From Polyangiaceae bacterium (GTDB taxonomy: Bacteria > Myxococcota_A > Polyangia > Polyangiales > Polyangiaceae), in the NCBI GenBank assembly GCA_044376115.1, contig JBILLK010000021.1, positions 32,001-96,000 of the forward strand: DNA of 64,000 nt. Reading direction: 5' to 3'. The notes below the pieces were generated by a model that did no database searches, was not told the DNA's origin, and saw only the letters and a list, made by a program, of their open reading frames with translations. A program made the translations under genes and the position numbers. Shown here one piece after another: positions 1 through 9,127 of this stretch (positions within the stretch are counted from its first letter, which is position 1; each line of letters begins with the position of its first letter).

Positions 1-91
1 ATTGGCCACGTTCGGCTGGAATGCCTCACCCCCAAATGAGTGCTTTCGTCGCGCTCCGTCGCTCGTCCAGCAAAGAATGCGGCTCGCGCAA

Positions 92-107
92 TGGCTCGAG
101 TCCTGCA
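92..107 (+). promoter_or_regulatory. putative sigma54 -24/-12 promoter of DUF2171 gene
   Basis: TGGCTCGAGTCCTGCA (GG-N10-GC); the C of GC is 13 nt before ATG 119, the same spacing as four other sigma54-like boxes in the window. Confidence 0.5.
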
Positions 108-118
108 GTAGCGCGGTC

Positions 119-448
119 ATGATCAACGCTACTCAAATCAAACCGAACACTCCCGTCGTCTGCTCGAACAATGGCCAATTCGCTGTCGTCGATCACATGG
201 CTGGGACGGAGAACATCAAGCTGATGAAAGACGACAAGGGCGTCCATCACTACATCCCGCTCAAGTGGGTCACCAAGGTCGACGACAAGATCCACGTTGA
301 TCGTCCGGGCGCTCAGGCGATGCGTGATTGGTCCAAGACCGCCCCTGTCGAGGCCGCAAGCACGGCTCCCGGCGGTGCCGCTCCTCCCGCCAAGGTCGTA
401 GCGCCGCCCGCAGCGAAGAGCGGCGTAACACCGGCCGCTAAGGTCTAA
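119..448 (+). CDS. DUF2171 domain protein
   Basis: IKPNTPVVCSNNGQFAVVDH..IKLMKD..HHYIPLKWVTKVDDKIHVD pattern; Ala/Pro tail. Confidence 0.75.
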   Translation: MINATQIKPNTPVVCSNNGQFAVVDHMAGTENIKLMKDDKGVHHYIPLKWVTKVDDKIHVDRPGAQAMRDWSKTAPVEAASTAPGGAAPPAKVVAPPAAKSGVTPAAKV

Positions 449-1350
449 GCGACGCTTGCAGCAACTGGTCGGTCTGGTGGCAGCCAGACCGCGCCGGTGG
501 CCTGCTCGGCCCAGCTCCAAAAGCGTGTGCCGAGGTCCGCGTCGCGTGCGTCGCGGCTGGCCAACGCGAGCTCGCGGTTCACCCAGAAGCCCGCCGTCGA
601 ATGATCGAGCTCGGGCTCGGTCGCGACGTACTCCATGGCCACCACCGCATCGCGAGCGCGGGTGGCGAACGGCAAGTGCGGCATCACGTAGCGCATCAAC
701 CAGCGGCTCATTCCGTGAACGCTGTGCGCCGCCGTCTCCGGCACGAAGCCCGGACACATCCCGTGAACGGTGAAGCGAGATCGCGGCGTGCGACGCGCAA
801 GCTCGAAGGCGAACCACAACATGGCCAGCTTCGAGTTTTTGTACGCAACGTCGGGATCGTAGCCGTGCTCGAGGTTGGGATCGTCGAAGTCGAAGTGCAC
901 CTCCGGACCGCGGGATCCTGGCCGGTGCAGCTGCGAAGAGACGCACACCACGCGCCCTGGACCGCGCGGCGAACCGATGCGCTTGCGGAGTTCGTGCGTG
1001 AGCACGAAGGGCGCGAGCGCGTTCACCGCCAAGGTCTCCTCGATGCCGTCCACCGTCATTCGGCGCGTGGGGCTCTGTTGCAACACCCCTGCGACGTGCA
1101 TCAGCACATCGAAGTGGCGGTGGCTCGGCAGCTCGCGAACGAAGCTGCGAATCGAGGCGTTCGATGCGAGATCGAGCAGCGCCCACTCGACCGAGACCGA
1201 AGCGTGCGCATCGCGGATCTCCCGCACCGCGCGCTCCCCTTCGTCGGCGTTGCGGCTGGTGAGCAGCACCCGATGCCCACTCGCGGCCAAACGTTCCGCC
1301 ACGCCCCGACCGAGCCCGCGTCCGCCGCCCGTGACCAACACCGTCTTCAT
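445..1350 (-). CDS. SDR family oxidoreductase (retinol dehydrogenase-like)
   Basis: TGGGRGLG Rossmann motif, LDLAS, YKNSK catalytic motif; start could be 1362 or 1377. Confidence 0.9.
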   Translation of the reverse strand: MKTVLVTGGGRGLGRGVAERLAASGHRVLLTSRNADEGERAVREIRDAHASVSVEWALLDLASNASIRSFVRELPSHRHFDVLMHVAGVLQQSPTRRMTVDGIEETLAVNALAPFVLTHELRKRIGSPRGPGRVVCVSSQLHRPGSRGPEVHFDFDDPNLEHGYDPDVAYKNSKLAMLWFAFELARRTPRSRFTVHGMCPGFVPETAAHSVHGMSRWLMRYVMPHLPFATRARDAVVAMEYVATEPELDHSTAGFWVNRELALASRDARDADLGTRFWSWAEQATGAVWLPPDRPVAASVA

Positions 1351-1482
1351 TCGAACTTCCATGCGCACCATCAGCAAGAAGCGCGCTCAGACTTGAGCTC
1401 TTGACGAGCGAGGCCTGGCGCGGACGATTCGGGTGGTTATTCAGAGCACGTAGCTGAACGGCCTACGAACTGGAGAGAGCCA

Positions 1483-2082
1483 ATGCGCAATGAACCGCTT
1501 TTTGACGACGCCTATTGGCCCGGACTCGCGCCGCAAAGGAGCCACATTCCTTTCGCCGAACAGGCCGAGCCGGTACCGCAACGTAGGCCCTTCCCGCTCG
1601 AGGAGACGCCTGGCCCCACGCCCATCGCCGTGCGCAAGGTAGCGGAGCCGGCTGGGGCCAGTTCGGAGGAGCTGCGAGCCGCGTTGCGTGAGTTCGAGGC
1701 GGCGCGCACGCGCGTCGAGCGCGACGCCAAACGGGCGCAAGAAGACGCGCGAGGCGAGCTCGTACGTGAGCTACTTCCAGTGATGGACAACTTCGAGCGT
1801 TCGCTGCGTTCGGCCGACAAACACGCGGATCCGCTGCTGTTCGAAGGCGTCGATATGATTCGCGCCCAGCTCGGTCGGGTGCTGCGCAAGTTTGGCGCCG
1901 AGCGGATGGAGAGCGTTGGCCAACCCTTCGATCCGGCGCTGCATGAGGCCATCTCCACCACGCCGAGCAGCCCGAACTTCGCCGGGAAGGTCGTGCATCA
2001 GCTCGAGGCGGGCTATCGCTTCGAAGGGAAGGTCCTGCGCGCCGCCAAGGTCGTGGTCGGTGCAGCCCGCCACGATCCGTGA
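1483..2082 (+). CDS. grpE: nucleotide exchange factor GrpE
   Basis: LLPVMDNFERSL, FDPALHEA, GYRFEGKVLRAAKVVV. Confidence 0.9.
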   Translation: MRNEPLFDDAYWPGLAPQRSHIPFAEQAEPVPQRRPFPLEETPGPTPIAVRKVAEPAGASSEELRAALREFEAARTRVERDAKRAQEDARGELVRELLPVMDNFERSLRSADKHADPLLFEGVDMIRAQLGRVLRKFGAERMESVGQPFDPALHEAISTTPSSPNFAGKVVHQLEAGYRFEGKVLRAAKVVVGAARHDP

Positions 2083-2097
2083 CAATGGTTCCGACCC

Positions 2098-3735
2098 TTG
2101 AGCGCGCCTAACACAAGCCAGCCCGTTCCCACGCTGCGCCCGTATCAACGAGCGGCGATCGAAGCGGTGATTGAAGCGCGCAAAGCCGGCCTGCGGCGGA
2201 TGGTGGTGAGCCTGCCCACCGGCGCCGGCAAGACGGTGATTTTTTCGGAGTTGGCGCGCATTGCGAAGCGCCAGGTGCTCGTGCTGGCCCATCGTGAGGA
2301 GCTGCTCGAGCAAGCGCGCAGCAAGCTGGCTAACGCGCTTGGGGAAGGCGCTCAGGTGGACGTGGAGGCGGGCAGCGCCCGCGCCAGCAAGGACGCCAAA
2401 GCGCTGGTCTGCTCCATTCGCTCATTGCACGCCGAACGATTGGAACAAGTGCTCGAGGGGCGGGATTTCGGCTTGGTGATCTACGATGAGTGTCATCACG
2501 CCGCGGCCGAGGACAACCTGCGGGTATTGCGCCGGCTGGGCGTATTCGAGCCGAACTGGTCGGGTACCTTGGTCGGGTTTACGGCGACCACGCTACGCGC
2601 CGACGGAAAAGGCTTGGATTCGGTGTTCGAGCGCATCGTGTACGCGCGCTCGATCTCGGAGCTGATCGACGACGGCTATCTTTGCCCGCTGCGTGGCTTT
2701 CGCATCGCGACGAGCGCGGATTTGACGCGGCTCTCGACGGGCGGTCAGGACTTCGACGAGGAGCAGCTGGCCGAGGCGGTGGACATTGAAGACCGCAACG
2801 CGCTGGTGGCGCGCTCGATTCAGGAGCTGGCGCGCGACCGCCGCACGATCGCCTTCTGCGTCACGGTGAATCACGCGCTCAATCTGAGCCACGCGCTCAA
2901 CGCCATCGGCGTTCCGGCTGGCGTGGTGCACGGGATGATGACGACGGAGGCGCGGCAACAAGCGCTCGCGGATTTTCGCCGCGGACGCACGCGGGTGCTC
3001 ACCAACGTCGCAGTCCTGACCGAGGGCTTCGACGATCCGGAGGTCTCTTGCATCGCGATGGCTCGGCCGACCCGCTCCGACGGCCTTTACACGCAATGTG
3101 TTGGCCGCGGGACGCGCGTGCACGAAAGCAAGAAGGACTGTCTGATCTTGGACTTCGTCGATGTCTCGGCCTTGAGCCTATGCACGCTGCCCTCGCTCTT
3201 CGGTTGTCCGCGGGATCTCGATTTGGCGGGACAAGAAGTGCGTGAGGCCAGTCGGGTGTGGCAAAAGATTTTGATCGACCATCCAGGCTTCGTCGTGGAG
3301 GCCGGCGCCGTCACGTTGAGCGACATTCAAGAGCGCGCAGAGAGCTTTGATCCGCTGACGCTGAAGACCGATTCGGAGGTGCGGGCGATCTCCGGCAACG
3401 CCTGGTTCACGTTGGGTCGCCATGGGCTGGGGTTGCACTATCAAGGCCGCGGCGGTCGCATCGTGGAGGCGCTGGTGCTCGAACGCCAAGTGCGCGGAAA
3501 ACGCTGGGAAGTGACGCTGGACGGCAAGCCGATGGAGCGCTTCTCCGAGGTGGCGCAAGCCGTGGACGCGGTGGATTACGAGATCGGCAAGGCCGGGCGA
3601 GCGAGCGCCGCTTCAGCGTTGGAAGGCGCTGAATGGCGCAAGGAGCGAGCAGGCGAGCACACGCGAGCGGAAGAACTTCGACTCGCTGTGTGGCGTCGCG
3701 TGACCGGCGCCAAGGTGGTTCCGCGCAAAGCCTGA
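2098..3735 (+). CDS. DEAD/DEAH-box SF2 helicase (Irc3/ResIII-like)
   Basis: LRPYQ, LPTGAGKT, DECHH, TAT, LTEGFD, QCVGRGTR. Confidence 0.92.
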   Translation: MSAPNTSQPVPTLRPYQRAAIEAVIEARKAGLRRMVVSLPTGAGKTVIFSELARIAKRQVLVLAHREELLEQARSKLANALGEGAQVDVEAGSARASKDAKALVCSIRSLHAERLEQVLEGRDFGLVIYDECHHAAAEDNLRVLRRLGVFEPNWSGTLVGFTATTLRADGKGLDSVFERIVYARSISELIDDGYLCPLRGFRIATSADLTRLSTGGQDFDEEQLAEAVDIEDRNALVARSIQELARDRRTIAFCVTVNHALNLSHALNAIGVPAGVVHGMMTTEARQQALADFRRGRTRVLTNVAVLTEGFDDPEVSCIAMARPTRSDGLYTQCVGRGTRVHESKKDCLILDFVDVSALSLCTLPSLFGCPRDLDLAGQEVREASRVWQKILIDHPGFVVEAGAVTLSDIQERAESFDPLTLKTDSEVRAISGNAWFTLGRHGLGLHYQGRGGRIVEALVLERQVRGKRWEVTLDGKPMERFSEVAQAVDAVDYEIGKAGRASAASALEGAEWRKERAGEHTRAEELRLAVWRRVTGAKVVPRKA

Positions 3736-3763
3736 AGCGGCCTTCTCGGAGCGAACGGCGCGC

Positions 3764-4795
3764 TCAGTCGTGCCCGACGCGTACGACCAACTTGCCGAAG
3801 TTCTCGCCCTTCAACAGGCCGATCAAAGCGGTGGGCGCGTTCTCCAAGCCCTCCACCACGTCTTCGCGATAACGCACGGCGCCGGAGCTGACCCAGGTGT
3901 TCATGTCGCGAAAGAAGGCCCCGTAGCGCTCGTTGTAGTGGTCCCCAACGATGAAGCCCTGCAGCTTGATCCGACGCGTCAAAACCTGGCCCATGAAGCC
4001 GGGCAGACGGTCCGGGCCGGGGGGCGCGAGGTCTTCGTTGTATTGGGAGATGAGGCCGCAAACGGGAACGCGCGCGCCTACGTTGAGCAGCGGCAAAACG
4101 GCTTCGAACACTGCGCCGCCAACGTTCTCGAAGTAGACGTCGATACCGCCTGGGCAGGCTTTGGTCAGCTCGGCGGCGAGGTCGGACTTGTAGTGATCGA
4201 GGCATTCATCGAGCCCTAACTCCTCCATCGCCGAGCGACATTTCTCCGGCCCACCGGCGATGCCCACCACGCGACAACCACGCAGCTTTGCGAGCTGCCC
4301 AACCACTGCGCCCACCGCGCCGGTCGCAGAGGCCACCACCACCGTCTCACCGGCGCGCGGCTGCGCCAGATCGAGCAGCCCAACATAGGCGGTAAAGCCC
4401 GGCATCCCGAATACGCCGAGCGCCCACGATGGATGCGCCAGGCCGCTCAAGTGGCTGACGCCAGCGCCGCTCGAGACCGAGTAGTCCTGCCAGCCGGCCA
4501 TCGAACTCACCCACTCGCCGACGGCGAAGGCCTCGTTGTTCGAGCGTTCCACGCGGCTCACGGTGCCGCCGCCCATCACCTCCCCCACCGCTGTCGCGGG
4601 GGTGTAGGACTCGCCCTCGTTCATGCGGCCGCGCATGTAAGGGTCGAGCGAAAGGAAGACCGTTCGCAGCAGCAGCTGGCCCTCCCCCAGCGTTGGTAGA
4701 CCCGCCTCCTGCAGCCGGAAGTTCGCGGGCGTGGGAGCACCACTGGGGCGCGAGGCGAGCACGACGGCGCGATTGCGATCGGCGCTTTGGGTCAT
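3764..4795 (-). CDS. NADP-dependent oxidoreductase (CurA/YncB, prostaglandin reductase-like)
   Basis: SLDPYMRGRM, GMPGFTAYVGL, GIDVYFENVGG, GENFGKLVV. Confidence 0.92.
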   Translation of the reverse strand: MTQSADRNRAVVLASRPSGAPTPANFRLQEAGLPTLGEGQLLLRTVFLSLDPYMRGRMNEGESYTPATAVGEVMGGGTVSRVERSNNEAFAVGEWVSSMAGWQDYSVSSGAGVSHLSGLAHPSWALGVFGMPGFTAYVGLLDLAQPRAGETVVVASATGAVGAVVGQLAKLRGCRVVGIAGGPEKCRSAMEELGLDECLDHYKSDLAAELTKACPGGIDVYFENVGGAVFEAVLPLLNVGARVPVCGLISQYNEDLAPPGPDRLPGFMGQVLTRRIKLQGFIVGDHYNERYGAFFRDMNTWVSSGAVRYREDVVEGLENAPTALIGLLKGENFGKLVVRVGHD

Positions 4796-4944
4796 CGGGA
4801 AACGGCGGACAGCTTGGACCATGCGTGGAGGTACGCAACGGCCGAGCCAACAGCGTTATTGCGCCGCGTTCGCGCCCACGCGCGCGCAGCCTCGAGCGGG
4901 TTCCATCGTTACGATGGTGCGGCCCATCTCAATGATGTGCGCGC

Positions 4945-5549
4945 TCAATCCCTCCAGTCCACCTGCAGGCGGGCCGAGTTGTGGGTGTGCTCGAGCACGC
5001 GCGTTTGAACCTGCTTTCCACCGGCGAGCTCGATCCCGGCGCGCAGCCCCTCCAAGGTGGAGGCGTGGTCGTACGGAGTGCAGAGGTTGGTTGGGTAACG
5101 CAGGATGGCGGTCGCTTGCTGGCTGCTTTGATGCTCGATGGTGAAGGTCAGTCCCTGATGAAAATGTGCGTAGCGAGAGGCCGCGACACGCACCAAGCGC
5201 TGCGGTGAGATGCCGAGAAAGAGGATGCGATAGAGCGGCCCGGAAAGGACCTTCCTCTGTGATTCGTAAGCCCACTGCAGATACGCCTCACGCGTCTTCA
5301 GCTGCTGATCGAAGAGCACCCGCAAAATGGCGCGTGCAGCGACCTGCGGCATCCACTCGCTTTGCAGCGGTGGCGACTCGACCCATTGACAAAGCGAGCG
5401 TCGTGCATGTCGAGCTTGAAGTCCCGCAAGATCGAGCTGACGAGCCCGCCGCGGACCTTGCAGTCCGGGTAGGCGGCAACGCCGCCAGGCAGCCCGCGCA
5501 AGTACTCCGCGACGGTCGGGAAGCGCTCGGCATCCAAGTCCTCAGACAC
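4945..5549 (-). pseudogene. frameshifted myxobacterial DUF2378-like protein
   Basis: N-terminal part (GTG 5549, FPTVAEYLRGLPGGVAAYPDCKVRG..DMHDAR) and C-terminal part (SLCQWVESPPLQSEWMPQV..VDWRD) are in different frames, switching near 5392-5400. Confidence 0.6.
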
Positions 5550-5627
5550 GTCGGTAGCTTCGCTCGAATTTGCGCGTTGCGCAAAGACCACCTTGCCGCG
5601 CTCGCATAGTTCGGAGAAGAACGCAGC

Positions 5628-6548
5628 ATGAGCCGTACGACGTTTCAAGGCACTCTCACCGCGATCGTTACCCCCTTCACCAGTGACGGCGCTGAAGTCG
5701 ACTACGTCGCCCTCGACGCGCTGGTGGAAGCGCAGATCGCCGGCGGCGTGTCGGGCCTCGTGCCGTGCGGTACCACCGGGGAAGCTCCGACGCTCAGCGA
5801 CGAAGAGCAAATCGCGGTGATTCGCCGTGTGGTCGAGCGGACGAAGGGGCGTGTGCCGGTCGTCGCCGGCACCGGCAGCTTCTCCACCAAAAAGACGATC
5901 GCTGCTTCACTCGCCGCGAAAGACGCGGGCGTGGACGGCGTGATGGTGGTGATGCCGTACTACAACAAGCCCTCGCAGGACGGCATGCGCGCGCACGTGG
6001 TGGCGGTGGCCGAGAAGGTGGAGCTGCCCATCATCCTGTACAACATCCCCGGCCGTAGCGTGGTGGACCTGGCGGTGGATACGACCGAGAAGATCTGCCA
6101 AGACGCGCCCAACGTAGTGGCGATGAAAGAGGCCACCGGCAACGTGCTCCGTTGCCAAGAGCTGCTGCACCGGCTGGGAGATCGGCTCACGGTGCTCTCC
6201 GGGGATGACGGACTCACCGTGCCGATGATGTCGCTCGGCGCCAAAGGCGTGATCTCGGTCACCTCCAACGTCTTCCCCAAGGCCGTGAGCGCGGTCACCA
6301 GCGCCTGGCTCGAGGGTCGCGTGGAGGACGCGCGTCGAGCACATTTCGCGCTGCTCGATTTTCACGCAGCATTCTTCGTCGAGCCGAACCCGGCGCCGGC
6401 CAAAGCAGCGCTTCACATCTTGGGCAAACGCGGTCAGTCCTTCGCCATGAGCCCGGCGGTGCGCGGCCCGATGCTCGCTGCGTCCCCAGCGCTCACCGCC
6501 AAGTTGGAGGCCATGCTCGAGCGCGCGCCGCTCGGAGTGCGTTCATGA
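5628..6548 (+). CDS. dapA: 4-hydroxy-tetrahydrodipicolinate synthase
   Basis: GTTGEAPTL, PYYNKPSQ, YNIPGRS, KEATG, SGDD. Confidence 0.96.
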   Translation: MSRTTFQGTLTAIVTPFTSDGAEVDYVALDALVEAQIAGGVSGLVPCGTTGEAPTLSDEEQIAVIRRVVERTKGRVPVVAGTGSFSTKKTIAASLAAKDAGVDGVMVVMPYYNKPSQDGMRAHVVAVAEKVELPIILYNIPGRSVVDLAVDTTEKICQDAPNVVAMKEATGNVLRCQELLHRLGDRLTVLSGDDGLTVPMMSLGAKGVISVTSNVFPKAVSAVTSAWLEGRVEDARRAHFALLDFHAAFFVEPNPAPAKAALHILGKRGQSFAMSPAVRGPMLAASPALTAKLEAMLERAPLGVRS

Positions 6549-7339
6549 ACGTTGCGGTGGTGGGTGCAACCGGCCGCATGGGCCAGGCTGTACTGCGCCT
6601 GATCAAGGACGAGGGGCTCACGTTGGTGGGCGCTGTAGCGCGCGCATCCTCGCCTGCGATCGGTCGCGACGCGGGTGAGGTTGCAGGCGTCGGTGCGCTC
6701 GGTGCAGCCGTTTCTCCGGACCTTGCGTCGGGCCTGCTTGGCGCCGACTGCGTGATCGATTTCAGCACGCCCGAAGTGACGAAGGACGTGCTGCATCTGG
6801 CCGCAAAAAAAGGCATCGCGGTGGTCTCGGGCACTACGGGCCTTCCGCCCGAGACGCTGCGCGCGATCGATCAAGCGGCGGAGAAGGTGGCCGTGCTTTG
6901 GGCCTCCAACATGAGCTTGGGCGTGCAGGTCCTCGCCGAGCTGGCGAAGCAAGCCACGCGTATGTTGCCCGGCTTCGATCTCGAGATCGTCGAGGTGCAT
7001 CACAAGCTCAAAGCCGACGCACCGAGCGGCACCGCGCTGAGCTTGCTCGGTGCGATTCAAGAGGTGCGTGAAGCGCGCGCAGTGACGGGCCGCCAAGGCC
7101 GTCCGGGAGCGCGCATGGAAGATGAGGTTGGCGTCATGGCCGTGCGCGGTGGCGACGTGATCGGCGATCACACCATCCACTTCCTCGGCCCCGGCGAGCG
7201 CCTCGAGCTCACGCACCGCGCGACCAACCGCGACCTCTTCGCTCGCGGCGCCTTGCGCGCTGCACGCATCGTCGGCGGGCTACCCAAAGGCCGCTACACC
7301 ATGGCCGACATCGCGCGCATCATCGCTGGAGGGATGTAG
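6545..7339 (+). CDS. dapB: 4-hydroxy-tetrahydrodipicolinate reductase
   Basis: GATGRMG, IDFS, SGTTG, EVHHKLKADAPSGTA, GDH; ATGA overlap with dapA. Confidence 0.96.
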   Translation: MNVAVVGATGRMGQAVLRLIKDEGLTLVGAVARASSPAIGRDAGEVAGVGALGAAVSPDLASGLLGADCVIDFSTPEVTKDVLHLAAKKGIAVVSGTTGLPPETLRAIDQAAEKVAVLWASNMSLGVQVLAELAKQATRMLPGFDLEIVEVHHKLKADAPSGTALSLLGAIQEVREARAVTGRQGRPGARMEDEVGVMAVRGGDVIGDHTIHFLGPGERLELTHRATNRDLFARGALRAARIVGGLPKGRYTMADIARIIAGGM

Positions 7340-7365
7340 ACGAGGCGCGCGTGCAGGGCTTGTGG

Positions 7366-7647
7366 TCAGTCCAGCTTGTAGCTGCAGTTGCTGCAGGTGC
7401 AGCTTCCGCCCCCGTTTCCGTTGCTGATGTATTGCGAAGACTTGCAATTCTGAGCCTTGCAGGCCTCGGCACATTCTTTGGCGCTCGCCCACTGCTTGAG
7501 TTCGTCGGCTTCTGAAACGTCGCTCACCGTAGCCTCTTGGGCGACGGCGTCCTGCGCGGTCTGGAGCTCGACGCTGGTGGGCTCGGAAGCGAAGGCGACG
7601 CTGGCGATGGCAGAGGCAAAAGCGAGGGCAAAAAGCTTCTTTAGCAT
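7366..7647 (-). CDS. small secreted Cys-rich peptide (defensin-like prepropeptide)
   Basis: Sec signal MLKKLFALAFASAIASVAFA, acidic spacer, C-terminus with six Cys (CxxxC..C..CxCxxC); AAAGG SD upstream. Confidence 0.7.
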   Translation of the reverse strand: MLKKLFALAFASAIASVAFASEPTSVELQTAQDAVAQEATVSDVSEADELKQWASAKECAEACKAQNCKSSQYISNGNGGGSCTCSNCSYKLD

Positions 7648-7747
7648 GGGGGACCTTTCGTGATTCGAGGGCACCTTCTTGGCGCCTCTCGATCATGTCA
7701 GTGCCCCCTCGCCCCCAATCGATCACGAAGGCCGTCAAGTTTTCGGG

Positions 7748-8659
7748 TCACATCTTTTTGAACCGCAACACGAAGCGGTCGCTCGTGCCGCGCTTCTCCG
7801 CGGCTGCTCGCGGGGAGTCGTTCCAATCGCGGGTGTCGTTGGGGTTGCGTAGGAAGTGGGCTTCGCCGTCGAGTTTGAAGCCGGCGGCGAGCACCTCTTG
7901 TTTGACCGTCTCTTCGTCGATGCGATGCAGCGATTCGCCTTCGCTCACGCCGGTGCCGGGGCGCCCTGAATGATCGATGAGGGCGAAGATGCCACCGGGC
8001 TTGAGCGCCTTGAAGATGTTGGCGTTCATCTTGGCGCGGTCGGTCTTGAGCCAAACGGTGTCGTGGTAGAAGAGCACCATGAACACCGCGTCGAGCTCCT
8101 TTGCATCGGCGGGGAGCGGCTCGTCGAAGTCGCGGTCGACTCGAACCACGCCCTTCATCGCCGGCTTCTTGAGTCGTTCGGACCACGGCTTCTCGGCGAA
8201 GCGCTCGAGTAGGAACTTCGAGTTGTGGCCCCACACTTTGCCTTTGGGTCCGACTGTGCGCGCCAAGAGCTCGGCCGTGTAACCACCGCCTGCGGCAAGC
8301 TCGGCCACCCGCATGCCCTGCGTGATGCCGAAGAAGCTCAGCATCTCGCCCGGGTGACGCCCGGCATCCATCGCCTTGTCGTCGGCTGAGCGGTCGGCCG
8401 CATCGACGATCTTCTTGTGGGCATCGCTCACGGCAAACGGTTCGGCCGCGCGGTAGGACGGTGCCGCGCTGGGCGTAGCAGAAGCCGTTGCCGAAGCCGC
8501 CGGAAGCGCAACAGCGCTGCTCGTTGGTGCGGAGTTGAACGGCACTGCCGAGGTCCCCGTCACTTCTTTGATCGGCTCGGCAGCCGGGCGCTGCTCACAC
8601 GCAGCCGCGCCCACGAGCGAGAAGAGCGCACACACCGCCAGCACGTTTCTGATTCGCAT
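7748..8659 (-). CDS. predicted SAM-dependent methyltransferase lipoprotein (COG4798-like)
   Basis: lipobox AAAC; DAGRHPGEMLSFFG, ELAAGGGYT, ALKPGG..IDH, TSDRFVLRF. Confidence 0.85.
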   Translation of the reverse strand: MRIRNVLAVCALFSLVGAAACEQRPAAEPIKEVTGTSAVPFNSAPTSSAVALPAASATASATPSAAPSYRAAEPFAVSDAHKKIVDAADRSADDKAMDAGRHPGEMLSFFGITQGMRVAELAAGGGYTAELLARTVGPKGKVWGHNSKFLLERFAEKPWSERLKKPAMKGVVRVDRDFDEPLPADAKELDAVFMVLFYHDTVWLKTDRAKMNANIFKALKPGGIFALIDHSGRPGTGVSEGESLHRIDEETVKQEVLAAGFKLDGEAHFLRNPNDTRDWNDSPRAAAEKRGTSDRFVLRFKKM

Positions 8660-8718
8660 GCTGGCCCTTAGCGAGCCAGAGCCAGGCGTGCAACGGGAAG
8701 TCAGCTCGGGCGGAGCCT

Positions 8719-9117
8719 TCAGCCCATACCGAGCAGCTTGTTCATGCTCGCTTCATCGGCGGGCGTGAACGGGTACTGCTCGAACTGGCTGCTCGTCACC
8801 CAGCGAAAATCATTCACCGCCAGCGCCGCTGGCTCACCTGCAGCGAGCGTGCACTCGTAGAGATAGAGGTCCACGGTGTAACGCTCGTACGGGTGACTGA
8901 CGAACGAGATCAGCTGACCCACCGAGATCTCAACACCCAGCCGGTGCCGCACCTCACGCAAAAGCGCTTGTGAATCGGACTCGGTGGGCTCGACCCGGCC
9001 GCCCGGAAACTCCCATAGCAGCGGGAGCACCGCACCCGGCCTTCGCTGCGTGATCAGGTAGCTGCCGTCACGTCCAATAACGCCGGCAACTACTCGGATC
9101 GTCTGGTTTGCACCCAT
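8719..9117 (-). CDS. NUDIX hydrolase, MutT/NudG family
   Basis: WEFPGGRVEPTESDSQALLREVRHRLG (Nudix box with degenerate EE), PAD motif. Confidence 0.85.
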   Translation of the reverse strand: MGANQTIRVVAGVIGRDGSYLITQRRPGAVLPLLWEFPGGRVEPTESDSQALLREVRHRLGVEISVGQLISFVSHPYERYTVDLYLYECTLAAGEPAALAVNDFRWVTSSQFEQYPFTPADEASMNKLLGMG

Positions 9118-9127
9118 CTCGGTGCGG

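Noticed and set aside
2098..3735. Restriction-modification Res subunit
   Set aside because: No methyltransferase nearby and no nuclease motif; it fits a stand-alone SF2 helicase.
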